Shown piece after piece: positions 1 to 15,000 of a stretch of 64,000 nt of DNA. The DNA is from an uncultured Planctomycetia bacterium (lineage in GTDB: Bacteria; Omnitrophota; Gorgyraeia; Tantalellales; Tantalellaceae): positions 96,984-160,983 of the forward strand of contig CAYPCX010000002.1 in NCBI GenBank assembly GCA_964409365.1. Direction: 5' to 3'. A program made the position numbers and the translations under genes. The number at the start of each line of letters is the position of its first letter. The stretch's first letter is position 1. Under the pieces are notes generated by a model. That model worked only from the letters and a program-made list of their open reading frames with translations, ran no database searches and had not been told where the DNA came from.

Positions 1-50
1 ACAGCACGCTAAGCCTGCGGCCCGCGACCGATAACCTGGCTGATTTCATA

Positions 51-3000
51 ATGTACCTCGGAGGGGAGTTCTACAGGTACAGGGATGAGGACGGGACGCA
101 TATAGTGATCTTCGACGGCGAAGAATACGAAGCCGTCCAGAGCGAAGTGGACGAGGATATATTCCTGGTCCAGATAGGTGATGAGAAGATATTGCAGCTC
201 CTCTTCGACGACGGCCAGCCCTTCCTGCGCGATACCGCGAGCGCCATAAGCGAGAGCATACCGATGGGCGAGGCCCTGGAGATGTACAGGACGGACCTAA
301 TTACCGGAGAAGAACTGGACGGCACGGCGTCATATCTCCGCGTGATGGAGAACCGGGATGCCATGGACATACCGGAACAGCTTATTACCGTGAACACCGG
401 TTCCTACGTTGCCCAGGTGACCATACAGTACGACGAGGTGACGGGCACGTTCGGCCTGGCGGAGGGGCATAGCGCCAGGGTGAACGCCGGCACGAAAGAG
501 GTCGAGGTGCTTGACGGCGAAGATAACGTTATCGGGTCGGAGCTCATACCGAGCCAGGAGTTCGAGGTCTTCAATTCAGGCGGTGAGAATGTCGGGACGG
601 TAACGGTACAGTTCGATACGATCATCGAGGGCGAGACGGCCCTGAGCGCGGGATACACCACCGAACTCGACGGGGAAGGGCGCATCGTGACTTCGAGCGA
701 CGTTTACCCGCACGTTTTCAGGTACTGGGATGACGCCCAGGACGCCAAGGTCGTGGTGACCTCGGAATATGAAGGCGACGACGAAGTGGTCTACATGGAC
801 GGGGTGAGGTTCAGGCTGAGGCTTGACGAGTACGGCCGGGTGTTCATCGCCAAGGAACGCGTGGAAAGCGTACCGTTCTGTGACCAGATACTGACGCTCA
901 ACGATAAACCTTATTACATGACCAGGAACGCCGACGGGACATTCACCTTCGAGGACGCGGAGACCGCGGCTGAATATACCAGCACCTTCGAGTCCAGCGG
1001 CGTCGTGCTGGAACCCGTAGTGGAGATAGCCGGGGTGAAGTATTCCATAATCGTGGACGAGCTTACCGGCAGCGTCACGCTTGACGAAGTGACCCAGAAG
1101 GTATCCTCCGACAAGTTCCACATGATAGAGCTGCTCGAGGAGACTTATACCGTGATGGCTGCCAAGGTGAGCGGTATTTACGGTTTCATCAACGATGGGG
1201 GCGTGACCATATGGAGCAGTATAGGCGAAGACGACGTCAAGCGGCTGCAGCTGGGCGGTGCTAACTATACGCTCGAAGCCGAGATCGGCAGACAGCTCCA
1301 GCAGCCCGCGATAGTGGCCGCCGTGGAAAGGTATGGCGACCTGGACGGAAGCGGCAAGGTGGACACGTTCGATATAGACCAGTTCAATGTCTTCGCCGCG
1401 CATTATAAGGACCTGAACGGCGACGGCGTCGTCAACGCGCTTGACGTGACGAGCCTTGAAAGGCTGATATACATAGAAAGCACCAAGGGCATTACGTCGG
1501 AGAACATAGAGGCGTTCAGGGATAAAGCCGACGTCAACCGCGACCTTGTCGTGAGCGTCAGGGACGCCAACGCTCTCTACAGCGCCATCATGAACCAGCA
1601 CGACCTTGACAAGCAGCAGTACGTAACGCTTTTTACCGACCGGTATGCGCTGGACGAAGAAGCCGGTCAGTTTACTGTCCAGGTGATCGAAGAGGGCCAG
1701 GAAGGACATCTTGTAAGAGGCGACGATACCTATCCCGTGGAATATGACGAACTGACCGGTATCTATTCCACCACGATACAGGCGAGTGAATACACTTTCA
1801 CCGCCGCGGACCTTTACTATACCACGGATGATTTTGACCTCCAGATGATGACGGATATCCTTGCCGATATAGACGTGGGCAAGATATTGCAGCCTTCGCG
1901 GCTCGATCAGGCGGACATCAACAAGAGCGGTTTCGTGACCACGAAAGACTTCACCGACCTCCAGGAAGCGTTCACTCACCTGGAGATATGGACGAAGCAC
2001 ATATACGGTGAGGGTGAGGAAATGCCGGACACGAAGCAGGGGATGGACGCCCTCAAGGGTAACATCATAAGCCGCATGAACCAGATACAGTACGCGGAGA
2101 ACCTGAGACAGCAGTATGAGATAACGTCCGTCAAGATAGACCGCGCCAACCTGGACGGCGACGATGACGTGGGCTATGACGACAGGGCCATGCTGCTGTA
2201 TTCCCTTAACGAGTACCCGTTCCTGCGATTCTATGCGGACATGAACCAGAACGCCGCTTTGGATTACGGCGACGTGGAGATATTCGAGAACGCCGTTACC
2301 GACGCCCTGATGACCGATACGCCGCAGCCCGAGTTCATGCGCAACGTCGACATCAACGGCGACGGCATATTCAACCTGCTTGATGTGGAGACCATTACCA
2401 GGGCGCTCAGGTATTACGTCAGCATGGACGCGGATGATGACGTGGACGCGGAAGACATTACGCGTATAACCGAGATAAGGGACTACGTGGACCTGGCGGT
2501 CACTCAGCAGTACGAACTCCTTTTCGCCAGGAGGACCGGCACCAGGAGCTCGCATTACGCCGACCAGAAAGTAAGGTTCAACGGCGAGGATTACTTCGTC
2601 TCCATCACCGATGAAGGCAGGTTCGTGTTCTATGACGGCAAAGAGAATATTTACAGGTCTTACATAGGCCTGGATTTCGTGGAGATAGAAGGTGTTATAG
2701 CCGACGTCTTCCTCGACGAGGACGGCAGGATCGTCCTGGAGGAAAAACACGACCAGGGTGATCCTTACATGGAGAGCGAGCACCTGGCGGACGAAGTGAT
2801 CGACCTCGGTGGAGTATTGTACGATATTACCCATGACCATGAAGAAGGGACAATTACCATAAAGATAACCGGCGGGGAGGATGTCATCATTGATAACCTC
2901 GACCGCGCCTTAAGCCAGACCATAGAGATAGACGGGGCCGGGTACGTGGCGTACACGGAAAGCGGCGATATAGACGGAGAGCTCATACTTGTCCTGGCCG

Positions 3001-6000
3001 CGGATGCCAGCTCCAGGATATCGGACCAGGTCATAGGGTTTGAAGGGGTGATCTACAAGGTGACCTGTAACGCCGATGGTACTTACACCTTCGAAGGCGA
3101 ACTGGAAACAAAGACGAGTTTTGCCGGAGATAACAGGGTGATGCTCGGCGGCGTTGTGTACGATATCCGCGAGAACCTGTTCAACGGCCGCGTCACGCTG
3201 GTGGAATCCTACATGACGAGCAGCGATATCTGCAGCCAGGTCATCGAAGCCGACGGTAAAACCTACGAGGTCGCGGCCAACCTTAATGGCACCTATACCT
3301 TCCGCGAGATAGAAGGCGTCGTTCCGACCGGTGTAACGGCGACCAGCAGCATCGAGAAAAAAGAACGGACCCAGGACAACGTGCCGTATTACCTGCAGAC
3401 GGAACACACCGTTACGCTTACAGGTGAAGAAGAAATAGAAAGGGTGTTCGATATAGAACGCGATTATGAGACGGGTAAGATAAAACTCGTCGAGCAGTAC
3501 CAGACCCTGGAATCGAGGTACGACCCGCTGACCGGCAAAGAAGAGCTCCTGGTCTATTACAAGAAGTCGACGGGCTATAACAGGTTCGAGTGGGAGGAAG
3601 TGGCCCTTTCGGTAAGCTTCAGCGCCGCCGGCATCTTCACTATCGAAGGCCTGATCAAAGAAATTGAAAGTGACGCTTATGGCAACATAACCATCGCCTA
3701 TGGCACCGGCGCCAACTCGTTCACGCAGTCTTACTACTTGAGACCCAGCGAGGACGAAGAGAGGATAGAGGGCGATTTCAAGATCGCCTTTGACGCCGAA
3801 ACGGGACACATAGAACTTACTGAGACGCACAAGACGAGCGCCACGCTTCTCGGCCAGCTTATAGAGGTCGATGATGTGCCCTACGAGGTGCTGAGGAACG
3901 CCGACGGGAGCATAACCTTCAGGGACATCGTGTACGAATCCAGGAGATACACATCGAATCCCGTACTGAACAAGGTCAATATAGAAGGGCATATATATGA
4001 TATCATCCTCAGCCCCTATACCCAGGAGATCCGTCTCGAGGAAGAACATACCGGGGTGAGCCGGCATCTTGCCGACGGCCAGATAGAAATGGAGGGCGAG
4101 GTGTTCTACGTGTTCGAGAATTCGGACGGCAGTTTCACTCTCTCCGACGTGATCGATCTCGAGGACCCGAACGCGGGAACGGTGACCATAGGCCCCGATA
4201 ACGAGTCATTCATGGAAGTTGGCGGGTTTGTGTACGACGCTTCCATCATTTTCAGGACCGAAAGCGGTATAGCCGACGTTAACGATGACGGCCTCATAAA
4301 TTCCGCGGACAAGGAAGACCTGCTCTACGCGGTCAGCAGGATGGGCGCGGTGGATATCACCGGCGACGACTATGTGGACCAGAGCGATATGGACAGGATG
4401 AAGGCCATAATTTCCGGCATTGCGCAGGGCGAGCTCCTCGATCCAATGGAATATTACCGCGTGGACATGAACGCCAACGGCGTCCTCGACGAGGAAGACT
4501 GGCAGATAATAGAGGAAGCGTTCGCCAGGATATACCTCGACGGCGACCTTAATACCGACGGCAGAATAGACTACCTTGACTGGGAAGAGCTGGTCACGAC
4601 GCACGGCACGGCGGGCGGCTACGAAGGCGTGTATACCACTATTTCTGCCCCGGCCAGGGGATACAGCGGCGAGCCGCTCTTTGAAAGGTCGGACATATAC
4701 AGAGTTCTGGAGATAGAGGAGTTCATGGAGCTCGGCGTCGGTTATTACATGCCGGAAGAGCTGGGCATCTACAGCGGCGAGTTTACCGTGTATACCGCGA
4801 CCAGTCCGGAGCTGGTCGGTACGTTCGACATCGCCGGGGATTATTCGACCGACGGCTCGGTCATTCCCGACGGTATGGTCAGCAGGAAGGATTTCAATTA
4901 CATGGACGCGATAGTGTCCAACATCTACAAGTACGACATAAGCGGTGATTCTATCCTGGACGCGGATGACCTCCCGGCCTGGGATTCGATAAAGGACTAC
5001 TGGGACCTGGCGAAGCGTATTTCCGACGAGGATATAAGTACAGCCAACCTGACCGGCGATATCGATACTGCGACCGGCGAAGAGATAGTCGACGGAGCGG
5101 ACCTTGTCCGTTACCAGGATATAAGCGGGTACAACCCGGTGAACCAGACCTTCAGGAATTTCGACGTCAATTCGGACGGCAAGGTCACCATGCTCGACGT
5201 AAGCAACATAAGCAGGGTATATAACCTTAACCAGATCATCGACGCCTGGATACTCCCGTTCGAGGTGGACAAGTTCGACGTTGACTGGAGGCCGACCACC
5301 GAAGCTACCACGGCTTCCGTAGCCCAGCACATAGACGAGATGGAACAGCTTCTCCTGGAGCCGGTGGGCGACGGCATTTACACCACCTCGTGGGCGGACG
5401 TCAACCTCGACGGCGCAATAGACGGGAAAGACCTTGCCATCTATGAGACGCTTTATCTCGATTATATTAATAATTCCGGCGTGCCGGAGAAGCTTGATAT
5501 CGCCGAACCGTCCGGCGTCTATTCGACGGACAAACAGAGGATCCTGAACGTCGCCGATTACCTGGAAGTCCTGGACCTTTACGGTGACACGGTACTTTAT
5601 GACATGAGAGGCATTCTGGCAATGGATGCCATGCTGGACGATCTTGAAGAAGCGGTCATACAGGCGGGCATTTACACCACTCTCGGCGAGTACACCACCG
5701 GCAGGACGTATCTCGGGGATGTCCTGGACATCCTCCAGCAGGCGGACTTCGATTCGGACGGCGCCGTCAGCGCGGTCGACCTGGCCAGGCTCTATGACGC
5801 TTACGAGGCGGAGCTCCTCAGGGCGGAGCTCGGCATCACGGAAAAAGCAGACCTTTACGTCGACGGGGACACGGACGGCTACGCCGATTACGATATTAAC
5901 AAGGACGGGGAGATAGACAATAAGGACCTCGCGGACCTTGAAGCGGCTTACGAGAATTTTGAATCTTATGACATCGCCAGCTACTCAGCAACTGATGTCA

Positions 6001-9000
6001 ACGGCGACGGCCAGGTCGATTCGGACGATCTGGCCGTACAGCCGGACGGCGTGGTGGACGAAGCCGACCTGGCGTACCTGGACCTGGCCCGGGAATACCA
6101 GAGACTCGATTTCACGATAGAGGACCGCGATATACTCGCCGCGAACATTATCAGGGATTTCTACGCCAACGGTTCGGTAAAAGTGGACGAGGACGATTAC
6201 CAGGCGATAGCGGCTAATATGGCTTACGCCAGGGACGTGAACGCCGATATGACGGCGAGCGCCCTGATGGAACTGACGCCGGCGGAATACGAGAGACTTA
6301 TAACCATAGTGAACGCCGGCGGCATGACGGAAGACGACGTGGAAGCCCAGGGGCTTACCGGGCTGGACCTGAACGGTGACGGGCACCTGACGGTGGACGA
6401 CCTGGTGGTCACGGAGGGCGGCGTCGATTACCGGGACGCTTTCGCGGTAGAAGCGGCGTACGATATCCTCACGCAGCACGGGTTCAGCCTCGACGACGTC
6501 CATAAGGTAGACCTTGATTACGACGGGTTCATAACCAGCGATGACATAGAGCTCTTCGAGAAGGTCCTTGGATCGAGTGACCTCCTCGACCCGGCGGTCC
6601 AGCAGGCCGTGGAATCGCTCGGCAACATACAGTTCCAGGGCACGCGCATACCGGTAAGATGGATGAAGCGGACCGACATAAATGAGGACAACCTGATAGA
6701 TACCGACGACCTGGACCTTCTTGAAAGGGCCATGGACTATCACGCGGACGTGAACCTGGACGGCGTCGTGGACGGGAATGATATCGAGGCGATACAGGCG
6801 GTGATAGATTCCGGCGTGATGGGATTCACCGCGGATGAAGTGATAGCCGCCGACCTGAACGAGGACAGCAACGTCGATACGACGGACCTTGCCCTTCTCA
6901 AGGAAGCCGTGGCGCGCGTGTCCAATTATGACATGGACGGAGACGGCCTGGTGAACGGCCTGGACCTCCTGGTGATATTTGACATACTGGGCACCGATCC
7001 GGTCGAGGTCATGGGCGCCCAGAACGAAGAGGCGGAGGCGCTCCTGCAGACGATATACAGCACGGAGTACAAGGAAGACGCCGACGCCTGTGTCGACGCC
7101 ATAGAAGAGCTGATGACCGCTATGGAAAAGCTCAGGCTGCATTCAGCTGACATGGCCGGTCTCATGGGCGCGGATGACCCGCGTAAGCAGGAGATAACTG
7201 ACGGGATAGACGAGAAGTGGCTGGAGCTGTCCGGTATTTACAGCACGGCGGTGCAGGAAGCTTCTACGAAACCGGAAAGACAGCTCACCGACCTGGAAAC
7301 GAGCGCCCTGTACGTGCAGACGATAACCGGCCTTAAGACGGAGACCGGTTCCGCCCGGCAGGCGTCCGGGGCCGAGCATCTGTTGGAAGTGGCCCAGAAC
7401 CTGCTGGGAGAGATCGAGACCATCCGTACCGATATTCACAATACGGGTACGCAGGAAGAGATAGACCAGGTGGACGCCGATTACACGACCGCCAGCGCGG
7501 ATGTCGCGATAATAGAAGGCCTGGTAGGGGATTATAATACGGCCGAAAGCGAAATGGGCTCTATCCTTTCCGCGGCCGAAGGACTTATCGCCGAGCTGGG
7601 ATCCTATCTGGCCCTGGTGGAGGAAAGCAATGACGCGGGTCTTATCCTGGCGCTTGAAGGCCTGGCTTCAGAGGCGGAATACGACATGTTCGTGTATCTT
7701 GTCGGCGCGGCGGAGCTCAAGGCCGAATATTCGCAGAATACAGTGATCGCGGGCAAGGAAACGGAAGTCAACGCCGCCTCGGCCAGCGCGGTATCGCTCC
7801 TCGAAAGGATAAGAGAAGAAGCGGTAAGGGCGGTCATAGCGGGTCTGGATACGACCGTAAATGCAGAAGGCGAGCTTGAGGTCGAGGACGGCTTCTACCC
7901 GACAAACGAGCTCGACCTGGCCGCGATCGCTTCCAAATTCCTGGCCGGCCAGACGCTCACGCTCGAGGCGATAGCGAAAGAAGAAGAGTTCGTGGAATTT
8001 CTCTACGGCGCCTGCTTCACGACGGGACACACCGCCGAAGAGATGACAGCCGCCCTCAACAAACTTTTCGGGACGGGCGATTACACGACCAGGATGGAAA
8101 GGGAACACCTGGCGGAGGAAGTGCTTACCTCGGCGGAATTCACCGCGCAGACGATGGATAATTACGACTTCATGACCATCGTTTACGAGGTGTATCTTGC
8201 CGAAGAGGCCGAATACGGCGACATAATAGCGACTGTTTTGGACCTCAATACCGGCGGCATAACCCGTGAAGAGGTGATAGAAGCATACACCGTTACCGTC
8301 ACAGCGAGAAGGTTCATAGAAGCGGCGGAACGTGATATAACCGACGCCGAGTATGTCCGGATGGTATGCAAGACGTTCATACCGGGAGAATACACCACCG
8401 GCCAGGTGTACGACTGGGTACAGGAGATCAAAGATGAAGTAAAGACCAGGGAAGAAGTCGTGTTGGAGATCTCCGGCATAACGGATCCTGGCGATGACCT
8501 CCATTACGACATATTGAACGCGGCGGACCTGGAGATACTGGATTCCGGATGGAAGGTGTTAAGCGAGAACGATTCCGTCCTGGCGGATGCCGGGCTCGAG
8601 ACGGCAGACTACGCCGCGGAACTTATCGGAATAGACAATACCACGGTAGCGGGAGAAGGCGCGTTCGACGTCGACGTATATGTCGAGACCGTAAGACGCA
8701 TCCTTTCCTCGGAGGCGGAACTCGCCGAAAGCCGGCTGGAAGCGGTCAGCGAAGAGGCCGCCGCTTACAGTTACGCTTCCGCCGTCTATACCAGCGTGTC
8801 CGAACGGTGCAGCCAGGTCGAAGGGGCATATGACATGGTCGAAGAACTCTTCCCAGCCGTAAGCGGCATCTACACGAGCCAGGACCACGACCTCGAGGGG
8901 ACGATGGAGGGATGCTACAAGATATTCAAGCTGAACCAGCTTATCACTTCGGCGGTCGAAGAGAACAGGCAGCAGATAGCGCCGGAAGTGTACGAAGCGC

Positions 9001-12000
9001 TGGCCGGATCTTTCTTCAAGATACAGGACATGGCCCTCAGGAGAGCCACCGACGCGGTGCTTGGTATAATTCCGGGGACTTGCGGTATATCCGATGAGAG
9101 GAAACTCGAACTTAAGGCGCTTTACGACGCGATACTGGACGGAAGAGCGGAAAGCGCCGGCTTCTACGCCGAGGCGGGTATAGGCGCCGACCAGGGTGCC
9201 TCGAGAAGCGATGAGGCGGCCGCACTCGCGGGTGCCGTCTCCGGTATAGAAGCGGATATGAGCCTGACCGTGAGCGCCGGCGAGGCCGGGGCCCTGGAAA
9301 GGATAGCGGAAGACGCCAAGGCGCTTCTTGAAGAATATTCCGCCCAGCTTGAGGCCGCCGCCGAGGGCCTGGATGACAACTATTATATGCTTGAGAACAA
9401 GGCCGATGTGGATACCGGCCTTGCCCAGATAAGCGCCGACCTGGATGATATAGAAGCGAGCGCGCTGGATATCTCCAAGGACGAATCCAATATAGTATCG
9501 CTGAGAGAGAGAACGGTCGCGATGAGGGACATGATCCTCGAGCTTGGCGAGAGGCTGGACGCTTCGGGATCGCTGGACGAAAAGAAAGCGCTTCTTGTCA
9601 CGCTGAATGCCGCGCTGGATGACCTGGTCGCGTACAACAGCAGCGTAAGCTCCGTGGCGATAAAATACCCGAACAATCGTGCGGTACTTACGGAATTGCG
9701 TGAGACCGCGACGATCACAGAGGAAATAGGATCGCTTATACGCGAAGCCGAAAAGGACGTAAGGATCGAGGAAGCTGTCCAGTCCAAGGGCGCGGCGATG
9801 AAAGAGGCCGCCCTCCGCGCGGCGGAGATGCTCCAGCATATCAGGGACCTCCTCGGCGAGTTCAGCCCGCAGGACACCGAAGTGACAGCCCTTATGGTGG
9901 ATATCGCCGAAGGCCTGATGGCAAGGATCGCCGAGGCGAGGGGTGAGATCCACCTTGTGGCGCTTTCCGCGCAGGATGACGCAGACATGGCGGCTAACGT
10001 CGCGGAAGTGGACGACATCTCGGCGAATACGGCCGAACCGCTCATGCGTTACATCTACACGACGCAGCAGGAGATGGCGGCGATATCTTCCGAAGGCGCT
10101 TCGTTCGTCACGCTCAGTAAGGACCTTGCCGCCGCCGTAAGAAAGCTGCGCGATATAAGCGTTACCACGGACGATGCCGAAACCCTCATGAGGCTGGCCG
10201 AGGCGGCGGAGGAAATAACCGCGGACCTCCTCGACCTTAACGGCAGGTGCCAGGCCATGGTCGCAGGCGGCTACACGTCGCAGGAATGGCTGGACAACGC
10301 GCTTGAGGTGAGCAAGAACGCCGATGTCGCGGGATACCGGAACGAGATGTTCGAAGAAGCATATACGGCCGCGGTAGTGATGATGAAAGAGACGCTTTCC
10401 ACTTATAACGAAGAATTGTCCGATATAGTAAATGAGACCGATGTTGAGAACCTCGATGAAGCCAGGGGACTTTTGATGGCCGCGGACCAGATCGTAGAGC
10501 GCCTCGTCGGTCTGACCGGTCAGGCCGTCGATGCCGGCAGGCAGCTTCCCGGTGATACGGATATGATAGGCAAAGTGGAAGAGGTCAAAGCCGAGCTCAG
10601 GGACGCTTTCGAGAAACTGGACACGATAAAAGAGAACGTGCTCTACCGGGACGGGACCGGCTCCGATCTGACCTCGTTCATCGACAGGTTGAACGTCGTC
10701 GGTGACGCCATGGATGAACTCGAGGTCATCGCCGCGAGCTGCGCGTTCGACGAAGACGGATTGCGGGACCTCCTCGCGCTCAGGGCCATGGCGGTCGCCG
10801 CGTATGACGAATACGTCATGATAGAAGAGGTGGCAAGCCAGATCGTCGCCGATAATCCGGAGGATGAAGAAACGCTGGAGCCCAGGCTGACGACCATACG
10901 GACCTTTGCGGATCCGCTGTCGGGAGGCGTGGATAACATAGAGGACACTATAGATGCGGCCCTGGTCGTGTTAAAGAGCGGCGGGTTCACCACGTTCTAT
11001 GCTGCGGCCACCGACTACGCCGATCTTTCCGAGAGGGCCGATACTATCGCCCGCTCCGTGACCGGAGGTTCGACGCTGGGCGAGCTGGAAAAGGAAGAAT
11101 GCGTCGCCCAGCTGGCTGTAAGAACGGCAGGCGAGATGCTCACGACCGCGACGACCGCCGCGGACGTCTTCAGTGAAGATTTTGAGTTCGGCACGGCGGA
11201 CTACTGGGACAGCATCTACACAACCGACGGGTCTCCGGGAGTGACCTCGCAGGCCCCGGCCAATCCCGGGATATTCGGCGGGGAATATATCCTTGAACTC
11301 AGGGGTGGCTCTTCTTACGCGATCAAGGACCTGGGCGACCTGACCGATGCCGCCAAGGTCACGGTAAGCTTCTACGGGGCGGTCTCCAGCCTGGATTACA
11401 GTTACTATAATCCGGAATACATGGACATGGATTTCTATCACCACGGCCAGTGGGAAGAGGGCATGGTCCGGTTCACCAGGAGCGACAACGACGCCGGGTA
11501 CATCCTCAAGACGTTCGAAGTGCCGGAAGAATGGCTCTCAAGCGACAACAAGATACGGTTCGCCGCCAGGGCGTCCAGCAACGGGGATTATTTCTACGTT
11601 GATAATGTCATGGTCTCCTCGAGCGCCGGACCAGGCGCGGCGTCCGTGGAAGAGATAAGCGGGACGGTCGTATCCTGCATAGAACATCTCGGGGAAGCGC
11701 GCGATACGCGCCTAGAGCTTGAAGCCGCGAGTAACACTCAGGTCCTGATGGACCTTGCCGCGAGCGACAGGGAGTCCGCGGACAAAGCGTACCTCATCGC
11801 GAATTCATCCGAGGAGATCGAGAAGGCGGTCCACCTGGCCGGCGTGATCGAGCAGGCCAAAGACGACCTTGTCGTTCTCAAGGCGATAGCCGTTGCAACC
11901 GGCGTGTTCACCCAGGATGATCTGGATATACTTGACGATTATATAGCAGATACCGAGGACGACCTCCAGGCGCTTCTCGATGATCTCCTCACGGGGAGGA

Positions 12001-15000
12001 CCGTGATGAACGGCGACTCGGCTATCACGCAGCTGGTATCCGCGCAGTCGGTCCTTGATGATGTGGATGAGAGAATAGAACTTCCGTGGAAACAGACGGA
12101 ACTGGAAGGATTCAAGCTAGCCGCGAAGCATCTCGTCGAAGAAGCTGAAGCGGACCTCGCAGAAGCCTACCTGAAAGCCGCCGAACATACCACGAGCGCC
12201 GTGGCGGAGACAATAGCGCGTCTCGCGCAGGATATCGTCAGCGACGGGTACGCTACGGCAGGAAAGATAGCCGCCCGGGCGGACCTGGCGCTGAACAGGA
12301 AGGACCGCAATTCTTCTCTCCGTGACAGGACGGAGGCGTGCAAAGAGCTGGCAAGGGTAGCCGGCATCCTGATAGGCGAGTACACCACCAGTCCGCAGCA
12401 TGGCAGGACCCTCATCTTCCTGGCCGAAAGCGCGAAGGAAGAAGCGGCCCTGGCCGCGCTTGAGGCGATAGAGACGTTCCGCACGGCGCCGCTTAATGAA
12501 ACGATCAAGGCGAACGCCCTGGAGATAAACGCGCTGAGCCGGGAAACGGCCGAGAAAGAAGCTTCCTCTAAGGAGAAGTTCGACGCGGCGTGGCTGGCCG
12601 AGATCGTACTTGAAGAGGGCGGCGATTTCACCATGACCGTGGCCGACGGTATATACACCACGGAAGTCTACAACCCGGCGGACGGCCATCTCCTTGAGTT
12701 CATCATGGTCAACAGGCAGCTGGTGCGGGTGATAGACACGGATAGTGCTGAGACAATAGAGGTAAATATTAATAATACTATGTTTAATATTAATACGGAT
12801 GGAAGTTCCGCCTGGAGGATCGAGAAAGAGGACGGCAGCGTCATAAGGCTGGTGGACAGGTACACCGGCCGCGCGACCATGCCCGGCCACGAAGACGAAC
12901 CGGAATGGTCGTGGAAGATCATGGATTTCGTGCTGGACCCGGCGAACCTGGACCTCAGCGAACTGGCGGAGGATATTACCGACTCGTTCCGCGAATTCAA
13001 GGCCGCCTCGCGGATAACCGAAGCCGTAAGTGATTTCTTCACCGCCGTGGCCGAGGCATACCAGTATTCCCTCAAGGAGACCCCGACACCGGAGGAAAGG
13101 GATGAGATCCAGTATTACATGCCGTTCATCCAGATGCTGCTCGTTGTTAACCCGCTCATCCTCGTGGCGGACGGTACCAGCACGATATGCTCCTGGCTGA
13201 TGTCGCAGGGCGCGGCGATAACCAACTGCGCCGTGAAGAGCCTCCTTGAGTATTTCACAGGGGAAGGCGTTACTATCGAGAAAGAACGCCTGGCCGCCGC
13301 GACGGCTATTTCAGATATCACGGCCGGCCTTGTGACCCCGGCCTCGGTCAGCGAAATAGAGACGAGTTTCTTCACCCTTAAGGCGGCGGCCGCGGCGAAC
13401 GATATCACGCTCCACGGCGTGAGGACGGGACTTGACGCCCTGGCTGAAAGGGACATGCCGGTCATCGCGGTGATCGAAGAGGCGTTCCAGAACCACGTGG
13501 TCCTGGTAAAATCGGTTACCACGACCGTGACCTACGTGTCGGACGAAATAGAGATCGTGGAAACGGCGGAAGAGTTCAGCGAGAAGTTCCTGGGCGTCGT
13601 GCTCGCTTCGGAAGAGGCGGACGAGGATGAAGGCGAATCGGCCCTGACCGATGAGGAGCTTCTGGATATCGCCGGGTCACTGGCCAACGTCCTCGAGACA
13701 AAGACAACGAATCTCGTGGAATACCTGACGTTCGCCAGGGACGAGATGCTGGACATCAAGCAGGCTACCACCCGCGCGATCAATTCCCAGCAGGCCACGG
13801 AAGCGAAGAACATAGCCGAAGCCATACTTTTCGAGATAGAACAGGACGCGGATTACGCGTCAAGCGAAGCGGCGAAGGAGAAGAACGCGGATAATGCCGT
13901 TATACAAAGCAATGCCGAAAAAGCGCAGGCGCTCAAGCAGGAAGCCCAGGCGATCTACGCCGAGATCTCGGCGATACGCGACGAGATAGCCCAGCTTGAA
14001 GCCCAGGCGCGCGGCTATGTCGCCTTCGCCAGGATCAGCCGGGACATGCTCGAGAGCATGCTCGCCGACACAGAGGACGCGGTGAGCCTCGTGTCTCTCG
14101 GGGTAACCTGCCTGGACAGCATCAATGACGTGAAAGACAAGATAGACGAATACTGCACGCTTTATAATTACAACACCACGCTCCTGGGTTACGCCACGGA
14201 AGTGGCCGGTTACAAGACCCGCGGCGAGGAAATAGTCCAGCTTCTCCGGAGCGCCTCGGACGAAGCCGTCAACGCGCGTTTCCTTAGCGAATCCGAGTAC
14301 AACCGTGCGGATGTTAACGGCGACGGCGCGGTGGACGAAAATGATATCGCCGATTTCGAGGCAGCCCTTAAGAGGATAACGGACCTGGACTCGGACGGCA
14401 AGATCACGGAAGACGACCTCAACAGGCTCAAGACGCTCCTGAGCTATATAGATTACAACTACTTCATGTCCAGGAGCGAGATATTGAAGGCCGATATAGA
14501 CGGTAACGGCACTATAGATAACGCGGACGCTTCGCTTCTTTCCGACCTGCAGAGCTATCGCGTGGATGTCAACGAAGACGGTTACGTTAACGAGCTGGAC
14601 GTCCTGGCCCTGGAAGAGGCTATAGAGAACAGTATCGCCAGCTACGGTACGGAACTCACGCGCAAGGAATACTATTACCACCCGGACAAGACAGGAGAGG
14701 ACGACAGGACCTATTACTCGCAGATGCCCCAGCACCAGGTCGATATAGCGTACGAAGTGGGCGTAACGGATGAATATGTGGGCCTGACCGGGGCCACCAT
14801 CACGTTCACTTTCAGCAATGTCGTGGACGCGACGGGGCTTATTGCCGGATATGAAGCCCAGCTCAATTTTGAGACCGGAGCCGTCGATATAATCAGGGTG
14901 TCCGATGAAGGCGTTGTCGGCACGCATGCCATAGCGGATCAGGTAGTGGACATATACGCCGAAGGGGAGAAGATAGGCGAAGCCACGGTGGATTACTTCG

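Noticed and set aside
576-2840. 754-aa minus-strand ORF (and similar ones at 41358-43394, 28488-30377, 26958-28310, 13860-15362, 17292-18965)
   Set aside because: All are nested antisense within the 55.9-kb plus-strand ORF. They have no start-context support and a biased composition expected from reverse-complementing GAC/GAG/GCC-rich coding sequence.
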